From positions 36,652,308 through 36,716,307 of the forward strand of contig NC_068981.1 in assembly GCF_001194135.2 (NCBI RefSeq): a stretch of 64,000 nucleotides of DNA, in the 5' to 3' direction. Positions 63,724 through 64,000 of the stretch are shown piece after piece; position 1 is the stretch's first letter; each line of letters opens with the position of its first letter. Source of the DNA: Octopus bimaculoides (taxonomy: Eukaryota). A model generated the notes under the pieces. It made no database searches and was not told the origin of the DNA. It saw only the letters and a list, made by a program, of their open reading frames with translations. The position numbers and the translations under genes were made by a program.

Positions 63724-64000
63724 GATTAACGTCCGCTTTCCATGCTAGCATGGGTTGGACGATTTGACTGAGGACTGGTGCAACCGGATGGCTACACCAG
63801 GCTCCAATCTAATTTGGCAGAGTTTCTACAGCTGGATGCCATTCCTAACGCCAACCACTCAGAGAGTGTAGTGGGTGCTTTTACGTGTCACCCGCACGAA
63901 AACGGCCATGCTCGAAATGGTGTCTTTTATGTGCCACCCGCACAAGAGCCAGTCCAGGGGCCTTGGCAACGATCTCACTTGGCTTGCCGGGTCTTCTCAC
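63696..64000 (-). mobile_element. RTE-family 3' UTR/tail, young copy
   Basis: Reverse complement near-identical to 43801-44046. Confidence 0.9.

Overview
AT-rich, repeat-dominated eukaryotic DNA with abundant microsatellites and several N-gaps next to (TA)n runs. The SINE and LINE families and the assembly style suggest an octopus genome; this is inference from my recognition of the repeats, not from a search. I could not confidently identify any host protein-coding gene; only weak splice-site-bounded exon candidates exist. Almost all ORF-track entries are microsatellite or gap artefacts, or decayed transposon frames. Supported content: mariner/Tc1 elements of about four lineages (one full length with TIRs and TA TSD), RTE, R4/Dong-like and CR1-like LINE fragments, several modular tRNA-SINE families, MITE-like foldbacks and Penelope-like elements. 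The most notable signal is a set of Penelope-type terminal repeats carrying minimal hammerhead-ribozyme motifs. In one family the ribozyme sits downstream of a tRNA-like Pol III cassette, and that element occurs as a ~700-bp inverted pair. Two unexplained compact hairpins (8.5 kb and 63.6 kb) are small-RNA candidates. Boundaries of decayed elements are approximate (about 10-30 bp).
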